A DNA stretch of 64,000 nt. Origin: Heterodontus francisci. Lineage: Eukaryota. How positions within the stretch are numbered: the first letter of the stretch is position 1; every line of letters starts with the position of its first letter. The position numbers were made by a program, and so were the translations under genes. The notes under the pieces were generated by a model. It searched no databases, had not been told where the DNA came from, and saw only the letters and a list, made by a program, of their open reading frames with translations. Positions 12,136 to 24,839 of the stretch are shown in pieces. The stretch covers positions 138,024,986 to 138,088,985 of the forward strand of contig NC_090376.1 of assembly GCF_036365525.1 (NCBI RefSeq). The letters are read 5' to 3'.

Positions 12136-13095
12136 TTTCATTTATTTAATCCTATTAAATGAGAAATTGCTGTTTCAGATTAAGATCTGCAGTAGTTTGA
12201 AGTGATAGATATGTCACATTAGTTAGAAACATCCAGCTTGACAGACTAGTGTCAAGATTGATATAAACAGTGGCTAACCACGTCTTCAACCTTTCCCAGA
12301 TAACATGCCAATGTTATGTTTATAGAAGAGTGCATTTAATAACAATCAGTGACAATGTTACAAGTCAACAAATGCAACAATATGTTGCCTTCATTCTTCC
12401 CTGCTTTCTGTTTCTCCATAATGCTATATGGATTTTGCTTTTTATACTCAAGCATAGACAGAGCAATAACTTCACCTTCCAATAGCCTAATCCCTCAGAA
12501 TTGTTACACTAATATTCATAATGATATGCTGTTTCTTCAGTTTACAGTTCTCATGATTTGCCTTTCCTTCCTTTTGGAGAATGATGTGTGGATATTCCCA
12601 CCCCATCCACCAGAACCATCTACTTATTTATTTATATTTGAAAGCTTCAATGTCTGTTGATTATGATTGCTTCAATAAAGTATCAGTTAAAATGCTTAAG
12701 TGCAAGTGCCTACACGGCCACGAGAAATCATGGTCACCATATTGGCAATTGCTCATTGTCGAATATGCATTTTGTAAATGGTCGGTTGGTACACCAAACT
12801 CTTGGTTATAATCTTCTAAACTTCAGCTTTCTGCTGTATCCCATCTAGCAAAGGTCACTGTCATTTGAAGAACAATTCTTTTAAAATATGACTTTCTCTT
12901 GCTCAGTGATTGTGATTGACAGGTGATAAGGTCAAATGAATAGAAAGTCATATCAAATTGATGAGTACAAAATAACTTTTTTTGCAAGAACTGTAGAAAC
13001 AGCAGATGATTAGTGAAGAGTGAAGTATAAACAATAAAAAGAAGTATCAAACCTAAATTATCCATGTTTATTTCAGCAAAATGATACCTTCATAG

Positions 13096-16000
13096 TTTTT
13101 AAAAAATTCATTCATGGGATGTGGGCGTCGCTGGCAGCATTTATTGCCCATCCCTAAATGCTCTTAAGAAGGTGGTGGTGAGCTGCCTTCTTGAACCGCT
13201 GCAGTCCATGTGGGGTAGGTACACCCACAGTGCTGGGAGGGAGTTCCAGGATTTTGACCCAGCGACAGTGAAGGAACTGCGATATAGTTCCAAGTCAGGA
13301 TGGTGTGTGACCTGGAGGGGAACTTGCAGGTGGTGGTGTTCCCATGTATTTGCTGCCCTTGTCCTTCTAGTTGGTAGAGGTCGCGGGTTTGGAAGGTGCT
13401 GTCTAAGGAGCCTTGGTGCATTGCTGCAGTGCATCTTGTAGATGGTACACACTGCTGCCACTGTTCGTCGGTGGTGGGGGGAGTGAATGTTTGTCGATGG
13501 GATGCCAATCAAGTGGGCTGCTTTGTCCTGGATGGTGTCGAGTTTCTTGAGTGTTGTTGGAGCTGCACCCATCCAGGCAAGTGGAGAGTATTCCATCACA
13601 CTCCTGACTTGTGCCTTGTAGATGGTGGACAGGCTTTGGGGAGTCAGGAGGTGAGTTACTCGCCTCAGGATTCCTAGCCTCTGACCTGCTCTTGTAGCCA
13701 CGGTATTTATATGGCTACTCCAGTTCAGTTTCTAGTCAGTGATAGCCCCTAGGATGTTGATAGTGGGGGATTCAGCGATGGTAATGCCATTGAGTGTCAA
13801 GGGGAAATGGTTATATACTCTCTTGTTGGAGATGTCATTGCCTGGCACATGTGTGGCACGAATGTTACTTGTCCAGGTCTTGCTGCATTTCTACAAGGAC
13901 TGCTTCAGTATCTGAGGAGTCACAAATGGTGCTGAACATTGTGCAATCATTAGTGAACATCCCCACTTCTGACCTTATGATTGAAGGAAGGTCATTGATG
14001 AATCAGCTGAAGATGGTTGGGCCTAGTAGACTACCCTGAGGAACACCTGCAGTGATGTCTGGAGCTCAGATGATTGACCTCCAACAACCACAACCATCTT
14101 CCTTTGCACTTGGTATGACTCTAGCCAGTGGAGGGTTTTCCCCCTGATTCCCATTGACCTCAGTTTTGCTAGGGCTCCTTGATGCCATACTCAGTCAAAT
14201 GCTGCCTTGATGTCAAGGGCCATCACTCTCACCTCACCTCTTGAGTTCAGCTCTTTTGTCCATGTTTGAACCAAGGCCAGGAGCTGAATGGCCCTGGCGG
14301 TACCCAAACTGAGCGTCACTGAGCAGGTTATTGCTAAGCAAGTGCCGCTTGATGGCACTGTTGATGACACCTTCCATCACTTTACTGATGATTGAGAGTA
14401 GACTGATGGGGCGGTAATTGGCCGGTTTGGACTTGTCCTGTTTTTTGTGTACAGGACATACCTGGGCAATTTTCCACATTGCAGGGTAGATGCCAGTGTC
14501 ATAGCTGTACTGGAACAGCTTGGCTAGGGGCGTGGCAAGTTCTGGAGCACAGGTCTTCGGTACTATTGCTGGAATATTGTCAGGGCCCATAGCTTTTGCA
14601 GTATCCTGTGCCTTCAGTCGTTTCTTGATATCACGTGGAGTGAATCGAATTGGCTGAAGTCTGGCATCTGTGATGCTGGGGACTTCAGGAGGAGGCCGAG
14701 ATGAATCATCAACTCGGCACTTCTGGCTGAAGATTGTGGCAAATGCTTCACCTTATCTTTCGCGCTGATGTGCTGGGCTCCCCCATCATTGAGGATGGGG
14801 ATATTTGTGGAGCCACCTCCTCCAGTTAGTTGTTTAATTGTCCACCACCATTCACGGCTGGATGTGGCAGGACTGCAGAGCTTAGATCTGATCCTTTGGT
14901 TTTGGGATCGCTTAGTTCTGTCTATCGCATGCTGCTTTCGCAGATTGGCACGCAGATAGTCCTGTGTTGTAGCTTCACCAGGTTGACACCTCATTTTGAG
15001 GTATGCCTGGTGCTGCTCCTGGCATGCCCTCCTGCACGCTTCATTGAACCAGGGTTGGTCTCCTGGCTTGATGGTAATGGTAGAGTGGGGGATATGCCGG
15101 GCCATGAGGTTACAGATTGTGGTTGAGTACTACTCCGCTGCTGCTGATGGCACACAGCACCTCATGGATGCCCCGTTTTACATTGCTAGATCTGTTCGAA
15201 ATCTATCCCATTTAGCACGGTGGTAGTGCCACACAACACGATGGAGAGTATCCTCAATGTGAAGGTGGGATTTTGTCTCCACAAGGACTGTGTGGTGGCC
15301 ACTCCTACTCATACTGTCATGAACAGATGCATCTGCAGCGGGCAAATTGGTGAGGACGAGGTCAAGCATGTTTTCCCCTCTTGTTGGTTCCCTCACCACC
15401 TGCTGCAGACCCAGTCTAGCAGATATCGCCTTTAGGACTCGGCCAGCTCGGTCAGTAGTGGTGCTACCAAGCCACTCTTGGTGATGGACATTGAAGTCCC
15501 CCACCCAGAGTACATTTTGTGCCCTCGCCACCCTCAGTGCTTTCTCCAAGTGCTGTTCAACATGGAGGAGTACTGACTTATCAGCTGAGGGAGGGCGGTA
15601 GGTGGTAATCAGCAAGTGGTTTCCTTGTCCATGTTTGATCTGATGCCATGAGACTTCATGGGGTCCAGAGTCAATATTGAGGACTCCCAGGGCAACTCCC
15701 TCCCTACTGTATACCACTGTGCCACCACCTCTGGTGGGTCTGTCCTGCTGGTGGGACAGGACATACTCGGGGATGGTGATGGCAGTGTTTGGGACATTGT
15801 CTGTAAGGTATGACTTCGTGAGTATGACTATGTCAGGCTGTTGCTTGACTAGTCTGTGGAACAGCTCTCCCAACTTTGGCACAAGCCCCCAGATGTTAGT
15901 AAGGGGGACTTTGCAGGGATGACAGGGCTGGGTTTGCCATTGTCGTTTCTGGCGCCTAGTTCGATTCCGGGTGGTCTGTCCGGTTTCATTCCTTTTTATT

Positions 16001-16150
16001 GACTTCGTAACGGTTGGATACAACTGAGTGGCTTGCTGGGCCATTTCAGACAGCATGTAAGAGTCAACCACATTGCTGTGGGTCTGGAGTCACATGTCGG
16101 TTAGACCAGGTAAGGACAGCAGATTTCCTTCCCTAAAGGACATTAGTGAA
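13096..16150 (-). mobile_element. Near-full-length APE-RT non-LTR retrotransposon (CR1/L2 group; clade not determined), frameshifted
   Basis: APE endonuclease (PDIVILT.SYL, QDRPTRGGG, YRPPS, VGDFNVHH, PTRGENMLDLVLTN) and RT (GPDNIP, WKIAQVCPVHKK, NYRPISLLS, QFGYRQG). C-terminus YKAQVRSVMEY. No ORF1 evident. Confidence 0.95.
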
Positions 16151-16976
16151 GCAAAGCCTTCCATGCATCTGGACTGCCAAAGTAATACATGTTGCTTATC
16201 GCTTAGCTGTGTCACAAAAATTTGTTAGGTCAAATGATGATATTTTTTAATCCACCGGATGGAAACTGGTGGAGACAAACCACTCAAACTTTGCAAGCTG
16301 CAAACTCTGCCTGCTGACTGTGAGCACTGAGGCATATTACCTGTTGCAGACTGTAGTGTTCAGTGGTTTAATTGATCTGGGTTTGATTGTGTTGGTATGT
16401 TCACCCTTCATGCTCACTGTGTTTAATGTCTTAAGTCTGCGGGGCAAGCTAGAGAGTAGAGAACTTTCTTGAAAGAACATACAGAGATCTCCCTTGAAGG
16501 AATTCAGTCACATTGCTATCTTCCAGAGAACCACTGAATCAGCATCCACATATTCAAACCATAAGCCTCAGGACCATTAAAGGAAAGTCGTGCGACCACT
16601 GAATTCAGCCTGAAGCCTGTCGAGTCACCAGCCTCCACAGACTGTATGCCTCTATTATTTCGATGAACTCTATTTCGACAATTCTATCTTTCTCCAGTCT
16701 GTAACCTATTTGTGTGTGTGTGTGTGGGGGGGGGGTGGGCGGGTTGTGGGGGGTGGTATGGGAAGTTGGAGTGTATTTTATTATTGTGAGATAGATCAGT
16801 TTAAGTGCAATAAAATTAACCTCTTTCTTTGGTTAAACTCAAGAAAACCTGTCCGATTGGCTCTTTTAATGATCATGGCACGAAAACAAGTAAACACTCA
16901 AAAAAAATCTGTTGTGGTCAAACAAGGAGAGGGAAAAGAGGAGAGCCCTTCGACCCCTCTTCACCTGATCCTAACA
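16151..16976 (+). mobile_element. LTR remnant related to the Gmr1-like LTRs
   Basis: 3' end AAGAAAACCTG...CCCCTCTTCACCTGATCCTAACA resembles the 3' ends of the LTRs at 48050 and 55080. AATAAA at ~16809. The 5' part may lie at ~13065, on the other side of the LINE. Confidence 0.65.
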
Positions 16977-17252
16977 GTTGTTAAATGTACCATCTAGTGT
17001 GGTATTGAGGCATGCAAGCAAGATGCTGCAGGTTAAATCTCTGCTCCCTGCCGAGTTAGCTAATCTCGTGGTACAGGAACAAAGTTTGAAGTGCTTGTTG
17101 CATTCATTGTAAAATCTGATCAAACCTTTGGTGAACATTTGTTTCAAAAAACTTGCAGCATTGTTTCTTTAATGAAATAGAATTGGGCTGGTCCTATTGT
17201 GAAGACTTTCAGTGTAAATATGCAGCGTGTTCCTATTTATCCTGGATATGCA

Positions 17253-17312
17253 TCACTGACCACCTCCAGGCGCTTACCCATTGTCTCTCGAGATAAGGAG
17301 GCCAAAGAAGAA
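17253..17312 (+). mobile_element. Extremely 5'-truncated RTE LINE tail
   Basis: CACTGACCACCTCCAGGC...CCATTGTCTCTCGAGATAAGGAGGCC plus an AAG tail, nearly identical to 19477-19535. Confidence 0.8.
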
Positions 17313-17314
17313 TT

Positions 17315-17510
17315 TAGCAACATCACAAAAACAGATTATCTGGTCATTATCACCTTGCTGTTGGTGGGAACTTGCTGTGAGCAAATGGCTGCCACTTTCC
17401 CTACATTACAGCAGAGATGACACTTCAAAAGTACTTTATTAGTGGTAATGTGCTTTGGGATGCCCTGAGATCATGAAAGGCACTATAGAAATGAAAGTCT
17501 TTTTTCTTTA
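17315..17510 (+). mobile_element. Deu-SINE 3' half
   Basis: AAAACAGATTATCTGGTCATTATCAC...GAAAGGCACTATAGAAATG, matching 63715-63900. Confidence 0.8.
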
Positions 17511-19324
17511 ATTGGATACAAGTATGAAGTATTACAGAGATTTTCCAGGAATCCTACATCAGATATGTTGATTTCAAGATCTAAGAAGTGAAAAGCAAGG
17601 AATTTTAAAGAGTAAGTCATCTTTCAAAAGTGACAAAAGCATGCCTTGCCTGAGGTCAAGTTGCATGGGGAGGATGAAAGGGCACTCAATTTGTAAACCA
17701 TATTTATCATTCAATTTTTCCATATTTTTGTATCATCTCTTCCCTCTTTAAACTTAATCATCTGCTATTTCTACAGCTGTTATAAAAAAACATTATTTTG
17801 CTCGCTTTTTTACAGAGACCTTTGAATCAAGTCAGAAACTATTCTTACAATGGGTAATTGACATAATATGGATTTTTACATTCTGTACTCGTGGATCTCC
17901 CATGGTGATTTGGAGGACATGCCGTTTTATAATCATGGTGGTGTTTTACCACATAGAATACATTATAAAATAACACTACTGAATTCTGGTAATTGGATAA
18001 GTCAAATTGTGCTTTTGTTACGGACAGCCATAAAATGTGCTATTTTACCCCACATAATTTGCTATATATCAAGGCCACTATTTGCAGTGATTAATTAAAT
18101 TCCTTATTTTGTTTATTTCACAGTATTGTCAGCAGGTATTTTGGTTTAATTGTATAATTATGTGCATATTTGTTTAGAATGTGTAATTTTGTTACTGCTA
18201 CCACACCAATTACATTTGCTGATTTACCACTGTGTTGATATATGATTTGAAATTTAAGTGGATCTGCATCCTGGAGACTGGCACTTTTATCACAAACAGG
18301 CATATATAGGGGTCAAGTTACACAATTAACATCCTGGCATCTTTCCTGCCTGATGAACATCACTTCCAGATGTTCATGGGCAATACAAATTGGGATGCAA
18401 CCATATCCAGTGACAGCTAAAGTGATCTTCAACTGTTTTCTGAGAAAGTTGTAGAGACATTTCCCTGGCATTGGCTTTGGAATTTTTTTTCACCTTAGAC
18501 AATTTGCTAACTAATTTTTTCTATGTATTTTTATTTAAAGTCCAAAATACAGAGGCCGATGGTAATGAGATATTCTAGGGCACAGCTATGTAGGGAGTAG
18601 GCTACAGGGATTACACAGAGTTGTACTGGGCATTGGGGAGAACCATATCATTCTGTAGTGCTGTGAGGCTCTTGGGTGTTACAGTGTGGAAGAAAGATGT
18701 AGTATCTCTGGAGGTTTGTATGATTGTAAAGTTGGGATGATGGCCCTGGTATGTGGAAGCACTGGGAAGGGCTATTGAGAAGAGCAGGAGGAAAAGAATA
18801 TTGGTATCTGCAAGGGAAGGAAGAACATTGAACGTGAGGGTGATGTATAGATGTGTTACTGTAGTGGAGTGGGGGATTCTATAGGAATCACTGGTAGGAT
18901 TAGAATAGGTGCCTTAAGGTGTCAAAGCATTTAGAGGAGCCTTTGGTGATTGGAGCACAGTGAAGGGGATCAAAAGGTGTGGAAGCAACAGTGGAAAGTG
19001 GATGGGAATAGTAGAAGGGAGTTTAAGGATCTGGGAGAAATGTGCCAGGGAGCAGAAATAGTGCGAAACTGGTTCTGAATTGTTGCTGGAAGGATGGTGC
19101 TGGAATGTGGAGGTTTTGTGTAAAAGTACTGGGAGCAAAGATTAAAGGGTGTGAGACCAGGGTGGGGGTGCAGGGAGAGGATTGGTGGAGGGTCTGGAAA
19201 ATGGAAGTTTCCTGAAGCTGTCAGCGTTGAAAAAGGGTTTCTTTGTTTGTGTTAGTTGTTTTGGGTTTTTGAAGGTTAGAAAGAAAACTGCATAATATAT
19301 ATTTTATTCATATCTATAGGTGCC

Positions 19325-19540
19325 GACTTAGTAGTTGGCAGGAAAAAAGACAGAGGCGCAAGGGGAGAGCCAACTGTGCAACAGCCCCGACAAACAAATT
19401 TCTCTGCAGCACCTGTGGAAGAGCCTGTCACTCCAGAATTGGCCTTTATAGCCACTCCAGGCGCTGCTTCACAAACCACTGACCACCTCCAGGCACGTAT
19501 CCATTGTCTCTCGAGATAAGGAGGCCCAAAAGAAAGAGGT
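19325..19540 (+). mobile_element. RTE-clade LINE 3' fragment
   Basis: Encodes FLCSTCGRACHSRIGLYSHSRRC*, the C-terminal zinc-finger-like motif of RTE ORFs, followed by a short 3' UTR and AAG-rich tail. Confidence 0.85.
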
Positions 19541-19789
19541 GCAATTCAATACCCTTGCAGTGACTATCCAATGTAGTGGAAGAAGTAATAATCCAGAAAA
19601 TAAGCTGTTAACTGCTATTAAGAGTTTCTTAACCAGCTGCAATGCCAATAGGAAGGCTAATATATTACCTGACCAATGACACTAATGGAAGTACAGTAGG
19701 CTAAGGAAAGCGACATTTACTTCATTTCAATAGGAACATTTAGGAAGTGTGGAGGAGGTGTCCTCTTCTGGAAGGGTTGTTAAAATCGA

Positions 19790-20002
19790 AGAAGAGCAAG
19801 GCATTTGCCCAGTGTCCCACCCAAAATTTATGCCTCAACCAACATCACTAAAAGAAGCATCTGCTTGTTACTTCATTGCGTGCTGAGTGCAAATTGATTG
19901 CTTCATTTGCTACAGGACAACAATGTCTACACTTCAAGAGTATTGGAAAGCTCTTTCATCTGAGGTTGTGAAAGGTGCTGCATAACTACAGGTTTTTCTT
20001 TC
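19790..20002 (+). mobile_element. Old Deu-SINE 3' fragment
   Basis: GAAGAGCAAG...CCTCAACCAACATCAC...TGAAAGGTGCTGCATAA, similar to the 63437-63900 copy. Confidence 0.6.
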
Positions 20003-20096
20003 AACATTAGAATTAGGAAATGCTTAAGACACCTGGCATGCAAAATTACATTTTTAAGTGTCTTCAGACAAGAAACATGTGTCCTCAATTTATGCT

Positions 20097-20413
20097 AGCT
20101 GTGGCCCAGTTGGTAGTATTCTCACCTCTGAGTCAGAAGATTGTGGATTCAAGTCCCACTTCAGGACTTGAGCACAAAAATCAAGGCTGAAACTCCAGTG
20201 CAGTACTGAGGGAGTGATACACCGTCAGAGATACTATCTTTTGGATGAATCGTTAAACTGAGGCCCGATGTGCCCTCCTAGGTGAACGTGAAAGATCTCA
20301 TGGCATTACTACGGCATTATTTCAAAGAAGAGCAGGAGAGTTATCATTGGTGCCCTGGCCAATATTTATCCTTCAATCAACAGCACAAAAACAGATTATC
20401 TGGTCATTATCAC
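20097..20413 (+). mobile_element. Deu-SINE 5' two-thirds
   Basis: GCTGTGGCCCAGTTGGTAG...CTCTGAGTCAGAAG...GATTCAAGTCCC head and CTCCAGTGCAGTACTGAGGGAGTG core. Confidence 0.85.
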
Positions 20414-21936
20414 CAGGGATATGAAACAACACGGACATTTGACAAAATTATTGACCCAGTCACAGACATGGGGGCAATTAAGTTGTATATAAAGTGTATG
20501 GTCAATCTAATGCCATCAAAACACATTTCTCCCTATAAATAAAGTAGCTAAGCATACAAACATCAATGGAGAGCAGCACAACTGTATCAACTAGCTAGCA
20601 GGCAAATAGCATGCAATGCCAATGCGAGTTACTTTTGTTGACAGAATAGAGCTAGCTAGATCATGTCACAGGGCAGTAGATGGGCCTTATCGGATGACCT
20701 CTGTGGATTCACACTGTGTCAGGAGTGAAAATCACCCAATAAACATGCAACTCAAAGAGAGGATTGTTATTGTGTTCATTGAGAGGAGGCAGCAGAAAAA
20801 TCAGGAGTAGAAATACAGACCATTTCTCACACTGCTGTTGTCACAAGAAAATGTAACTTGCAATGGTCTCTGTTTGTGTATCTTCTCCACCTGCTTGTAA
20901 TATGTATCTGAAGATAGATCAGCCAAAAAAAGGGCAGTGATCTTCAAATCAGGAACATTTTATAGGTTGAAGCAGATAGTACTTCAGAAGAATCATGTAA
21001 AACAGAAAAGCAGAGTGGGTCAAGAAGGCACATAGAGATTAATGATAGGGAGCCAAGACTAGTTTATTCATCTTGACAGGTTGTGAAACTAGATCCTGGA
21101 TTATAAAATACAGAAACAACAGCATCTCTCACGGAAAAAATGTTATTTGCCCACCATAGCTAGTGAAAAAATTAGATAAACACAATTACAAATGAAGAGC
21201 GCCCTTTAGTTCCTCCAATAAAGAGATTCTCTTAAATTCACTTATGTCTATATCTCAGTCTATCACTGTTGATTCTGATTCAGCTCTGACAAGATAATTA
21301 TTAACAAAAAGCTTTTCTGCAAAAAGTTCAGTGGTTGCTACTGCATGCATTATTCAGTTATAAAATGTTTAGTCACTATCTGTAAGATTGTACTCCAGAC
21401 TAACCAATTTGTGTCCAAGCCAAATTACATGTTAGCAAAGGTGCACTTATAATGTAATGCAATTATATGATGCAGACAACTTTCAAATGACATTGGCCAC
21501 TCAGGTTATCTGCCTTCAAAATGGATAGTAAATGATGCACATTACAGTTAATTATCTTTGATATATTTGAGCTGCTAGGTAGCTGGTACATAGCTGCTAG
21601 GTTACTTGAAAATACAAGATTAAAAGCTTGAAGGGGTGTCCAACCTTTTCGTGTGGCGGCCATATTACAATTTTTGTCTTACATAGGGGGCTGGTGAGAC
21701 AATTTCAGAAAGATAAAGGCATTAAAATTTATCTTACTATTAATCAAAACAACAACAAATGTGAAATTTTGTCAAGAAACTGTAAATGAGAAGATTAATT
21801 TATTTACTTACTTTCTCTTCACTATGTTGGACACTGATTTAGTGTAATATTTGGTAATTTTATTGCTTGCCCACATAATTATTGTAGTGATGCAGAGTAT
21901 TCCGGATAGATGACAATCTGTCAGGAGTGATCATGA

Positions 21937-21939
<3 letters not shown>

Positions 21940-21973
<34 letters not shown>

Positions 21974-22640
21974 GTGTGTCTCTCTCTCTCCCTCCCTCTC
22001 TTCCTCCTCTCTATGTTCCCCCCTGCGTCAACTCCCCCTCTTGCTGGCCCTCTCTCTCCCTCTCTGCCTCTCTCTACCCACTCTCTCTCTTTCTGTCCAC
22101 TCTCTTGCTCTCCCTGTCCTCCTCTCCTCTCTCTCTCTCTGTCCCCACTCTCTCTCCCTGTCCCCTATCTCTCTCCCTGTCCCCCTACTCTCCCNNNNNN
22201 NNNNNNNNNNNNNNNNNNNNNNNNNNNNNNNNNNNNNNNNNNNNNNNNNNNNNNNNNNNNNNNNNNNNNNNNNNNNNNNNNNNNNNNNNNNNNNNNNNNN
22301 NNNNNNNNNNNNNNNNNNNNNNNNNNTTCCCCCATTCCCCCTCTCTCTCCCCATCCTCTCTCTCCCCCATCCCTCTCTCTCTCTCTCCCTGACGCCCCCC
22401 CTCTCCTTGACTACTCTCTCTCTCTGTCTCTCCCCCATCTCTCTCTCTCTCCCCATCTCCTCTCTCTCTCTCCCCGCCCCCTCTCTCTTCCCCGACCCCC
22501 TCTCTCTCCCTGACCCCTCTCTCTCTCCCTCTCTCTGTTCTTCTGTCTCTGACCAGCACCCCCCCACCCCGTCCTCCCTCTCTCTGTCCCCCTCTCTCTC
22601 CTCCATCCCTCTCTCTCTGTCCCTCTCACTCTCTCTCTGA
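21940..22640. repeat. (CT)n-rich polypyrimidine low-complexity tract spanning an assembly gap
   Basis: Directly visible. It explains the spurious SL/ER-rich ORFs. Confidence 0.95.
22195..22326. other. Assembly gap (132 N)
   Basis: Run of N. Confidence 1.
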
Positions 22641-23020
22641 GTTGCAGAGTGCGTAAACTCTCAGTTGAACAGTTTTATGATTGGTCAGTTTTTAAACGAA
22701 ACTGCAGTTGTCCCTTTCACAAATGACAGGTATTTGAGCAGGAACAGCGCTTCTAATTCGGACAAGTTTGTACTTTTCGGCAGACTTTTAAAAAAAATTG
22801 GAACCTGCCGGAAAACCAAGAACTTGTCCGAATTGGAAGCATTGTTTCTGCTCAAGCACCTGTCAGCTGTGAAACTGGCAGCTGCAATTTTTTTAAGTCG
22901 GACTGGTTTGGAAGATGAAGTCAATGGGAAATTTCTCGTCCTTGAAATTACCAGTCATGGAAACCAAAATCTTTTACCATGGACACTGTTGTCCGTGTAT
23001 GGACACATTGACGACCCCTA

Positions 23021-23180
23021 ATTATCACATTGTTGTTTGTTGGCGCTTGCTATGTGCAAATTGGCTGCTGCATTTCCTACATTGAACTACAACTCAAAAA
23101 AATGTACTTCATTGCCTGTAAAGCACTTTGGAATGTCCTGTGGTTATGAAAGGCGCTATATAAATGAAAGTCTTTCTTTG
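23021..23180 (+). mobile_element. Deu-SINE 3' fragment
   Basis: ATTATCACATTG...GCAAATTGGCTGCTGCATTTCCTACATT...GAAAGGCGCTATATAAATG. Confidence 0.8.
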
Positions 23181-24027
23181 CTCTTTTCTCAATTTGCGGC
23201 ATGCAGAATGATCTGGAACTGCACAACTTTAAGATATGGCCACTGCTCTTTTGGATTTTCGGCAGCTGATCCTGGTGGGAACTGCTGGCTACCCAAGCTA
23301 ATTGCCCTGCTCTTCTTCAAAATAGTGCCAAGGCTTCTTTAGTACTTCTTGCAGGCCAGGAGAAGCAGATGTGCTCCCTCCCCAGGTCCCTCATGGAAAC
23401 TTCAGCCTCCGCCAGCCCACGTCTCCAGCCTCACCACCAACTCTTCCCCACAAGCCCTCCTGGTCTCCAGGCTTCCTTCCCCAGTTGTCTCAATCACAGA
23501 GCTGTCCAGCTCCTGACCTCCAGCCTGCCCCCAACCTTCCTGATTTCCAGTCAGCCCCCAGCTCTCCCAATCGCCAGCCTTTCCTAACCCTCCTAATCAC
23601 CATCCCTCCCAATTGCCGACTGGAGCTCCTGTTCCAGTGTTAGGCAGCATCCATACGAGTCCAAGGCTGTGGCATCCTGCCGCTGGTGTTCTCACCTGTC
23701 TGCTGATGAGGCTGTCAATTTGGCCATTGTAATGCAGGATGTGATGCCACAGTATATTAATGAGGCCCTTCCAGTAAGATTGGCAGGGCTGCCATGTCTC
23801 TGGACTTTTCAGATTCTACAACTGATTTCAACTTCACTCACACCCTCCCTGTGTCCTGATTAACACAGGACCAAAGTCTCATGCAATAAAAGAAATGCTT
23901 AATGGTTGTTATTTGAGGCATTGTTGAAGCATTCTGCCTTTTTAGGAATAGAAGAACAAGCTATGGGCACTACCAGTGTCTTCACAGAAGCTAGCACCTA
24001 TTGCACCCTGCATCACTATCATCACCT

Positions 24028-24615
24028 CTGCTGGATTTTGTGTGGGGGGGTGCATTGCTCCCAGCACCGGGCCGAAAAGACGGGGGACATTTTCGCAGAC
24101 CACCACCGCCCCCCGCCCCCCCCCCACCACCACCCCCGGGCGATCCTCCAGTGTTTTTCGATTAAAGGTTCATGAGCCAAGATCCCCGTCCCATTAAAGA
24201 CGGGGTTCCTGCCTCCATAAGCTGCTGGCAATCAGAGGGCCAGCAGATCAGCAGTATCGGCAACGTCACTTGGAGCAGTGACCGTTGCTCATACTGCATA
24301 GGGCTCGGACCCAGGCCCAGTGCTGGAACCCCAGACAAGAGGCAGGTGAGGCGGAGTCGCCAGGGCCAGTCCGGAATCCGGTTGCTGGTAAGATCCCAGT
24401 GGCAGCGGGACCAGGCCTTTAATTGGCCATTATTAGGTCACTTAAGGGCCTCAGTTGATCTCTGGGCGGGAAGGCCATCATTGGCCTATCTCACCCAGGG
24501 ACAATCACTTGGTGATGGGGAGGCAATGGGTCCTTTGCTCTGCCGACACCCCACCACCCGTTGTGATACTCTGTGCCTCCTTCTCCATCTCAGGGGAGCC
24601 CATGAAATCCCGGCC
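24028..24615. mobile_element. Harbinger-type MITE
   Basis: Termini GCTGGATTTT / GAAATCCCGGCC. The interior is the reverse complement of parts of 29757-30418 and 45284-45990. Confidence 0.7.
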
Positions 24616-24839
24616 ATAGTATGCAGCTGAGGAGGAGAAAGTGATAATGATTTCTGAAGGCAGGACCCTGTAGAGGTCCAGCATGACTCCCAGAACCAGC
24701 AAGCCCACTTGGATGGCAGAATGGAAATGAGACCCAGGCCTCTAACAGGGTTCATCCCTGACTGCCCACTCTAGTTAAATTAGCCATCCATCTCTATGCT
24801 CACTAGTCATTATGGTTATGTATGAGCTTCTGTGTATGG

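Larger units (their letters stand above)
21631..22905 (+). mobile_element. hAT (Charlie-like) non-autonomous element with internal CT-rich repeat and long hairpin
   Basis: Left end AGGGGTGTCCAACCTTTT resembles the Charlie-type CAGGGGTGTCCAA terminus. The right end is not clearly recovered. Confidence 0.55.

Noticed and set aside
13091-13100. CATAG next to the 3' end of both large LINE copies (13091, 49496) as a target-site preference
   Set aside because: The two other 3' ends of the family (4268, 63262) lack it, and n=2.
15178-16071. 297-aa endonuclease ORF as a stand-alone nuclease gene
   Set aside because: It is the APE domain of a frameshifted LINE, with a second copy at 51956-52630.
18560-19230. 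Purine-rich tract (and the pyrimidine-rich tract at 44570-45130) as Penelope/L2 remnants
   Set aside because: Strand bias is suggestive, but I could not read a diagnostic protein motif.
21927-22640. Long ORFs (237, 192, 179 aa)
   Set aside because: Translations of (CT)n low-complexity sequence across an N gap.
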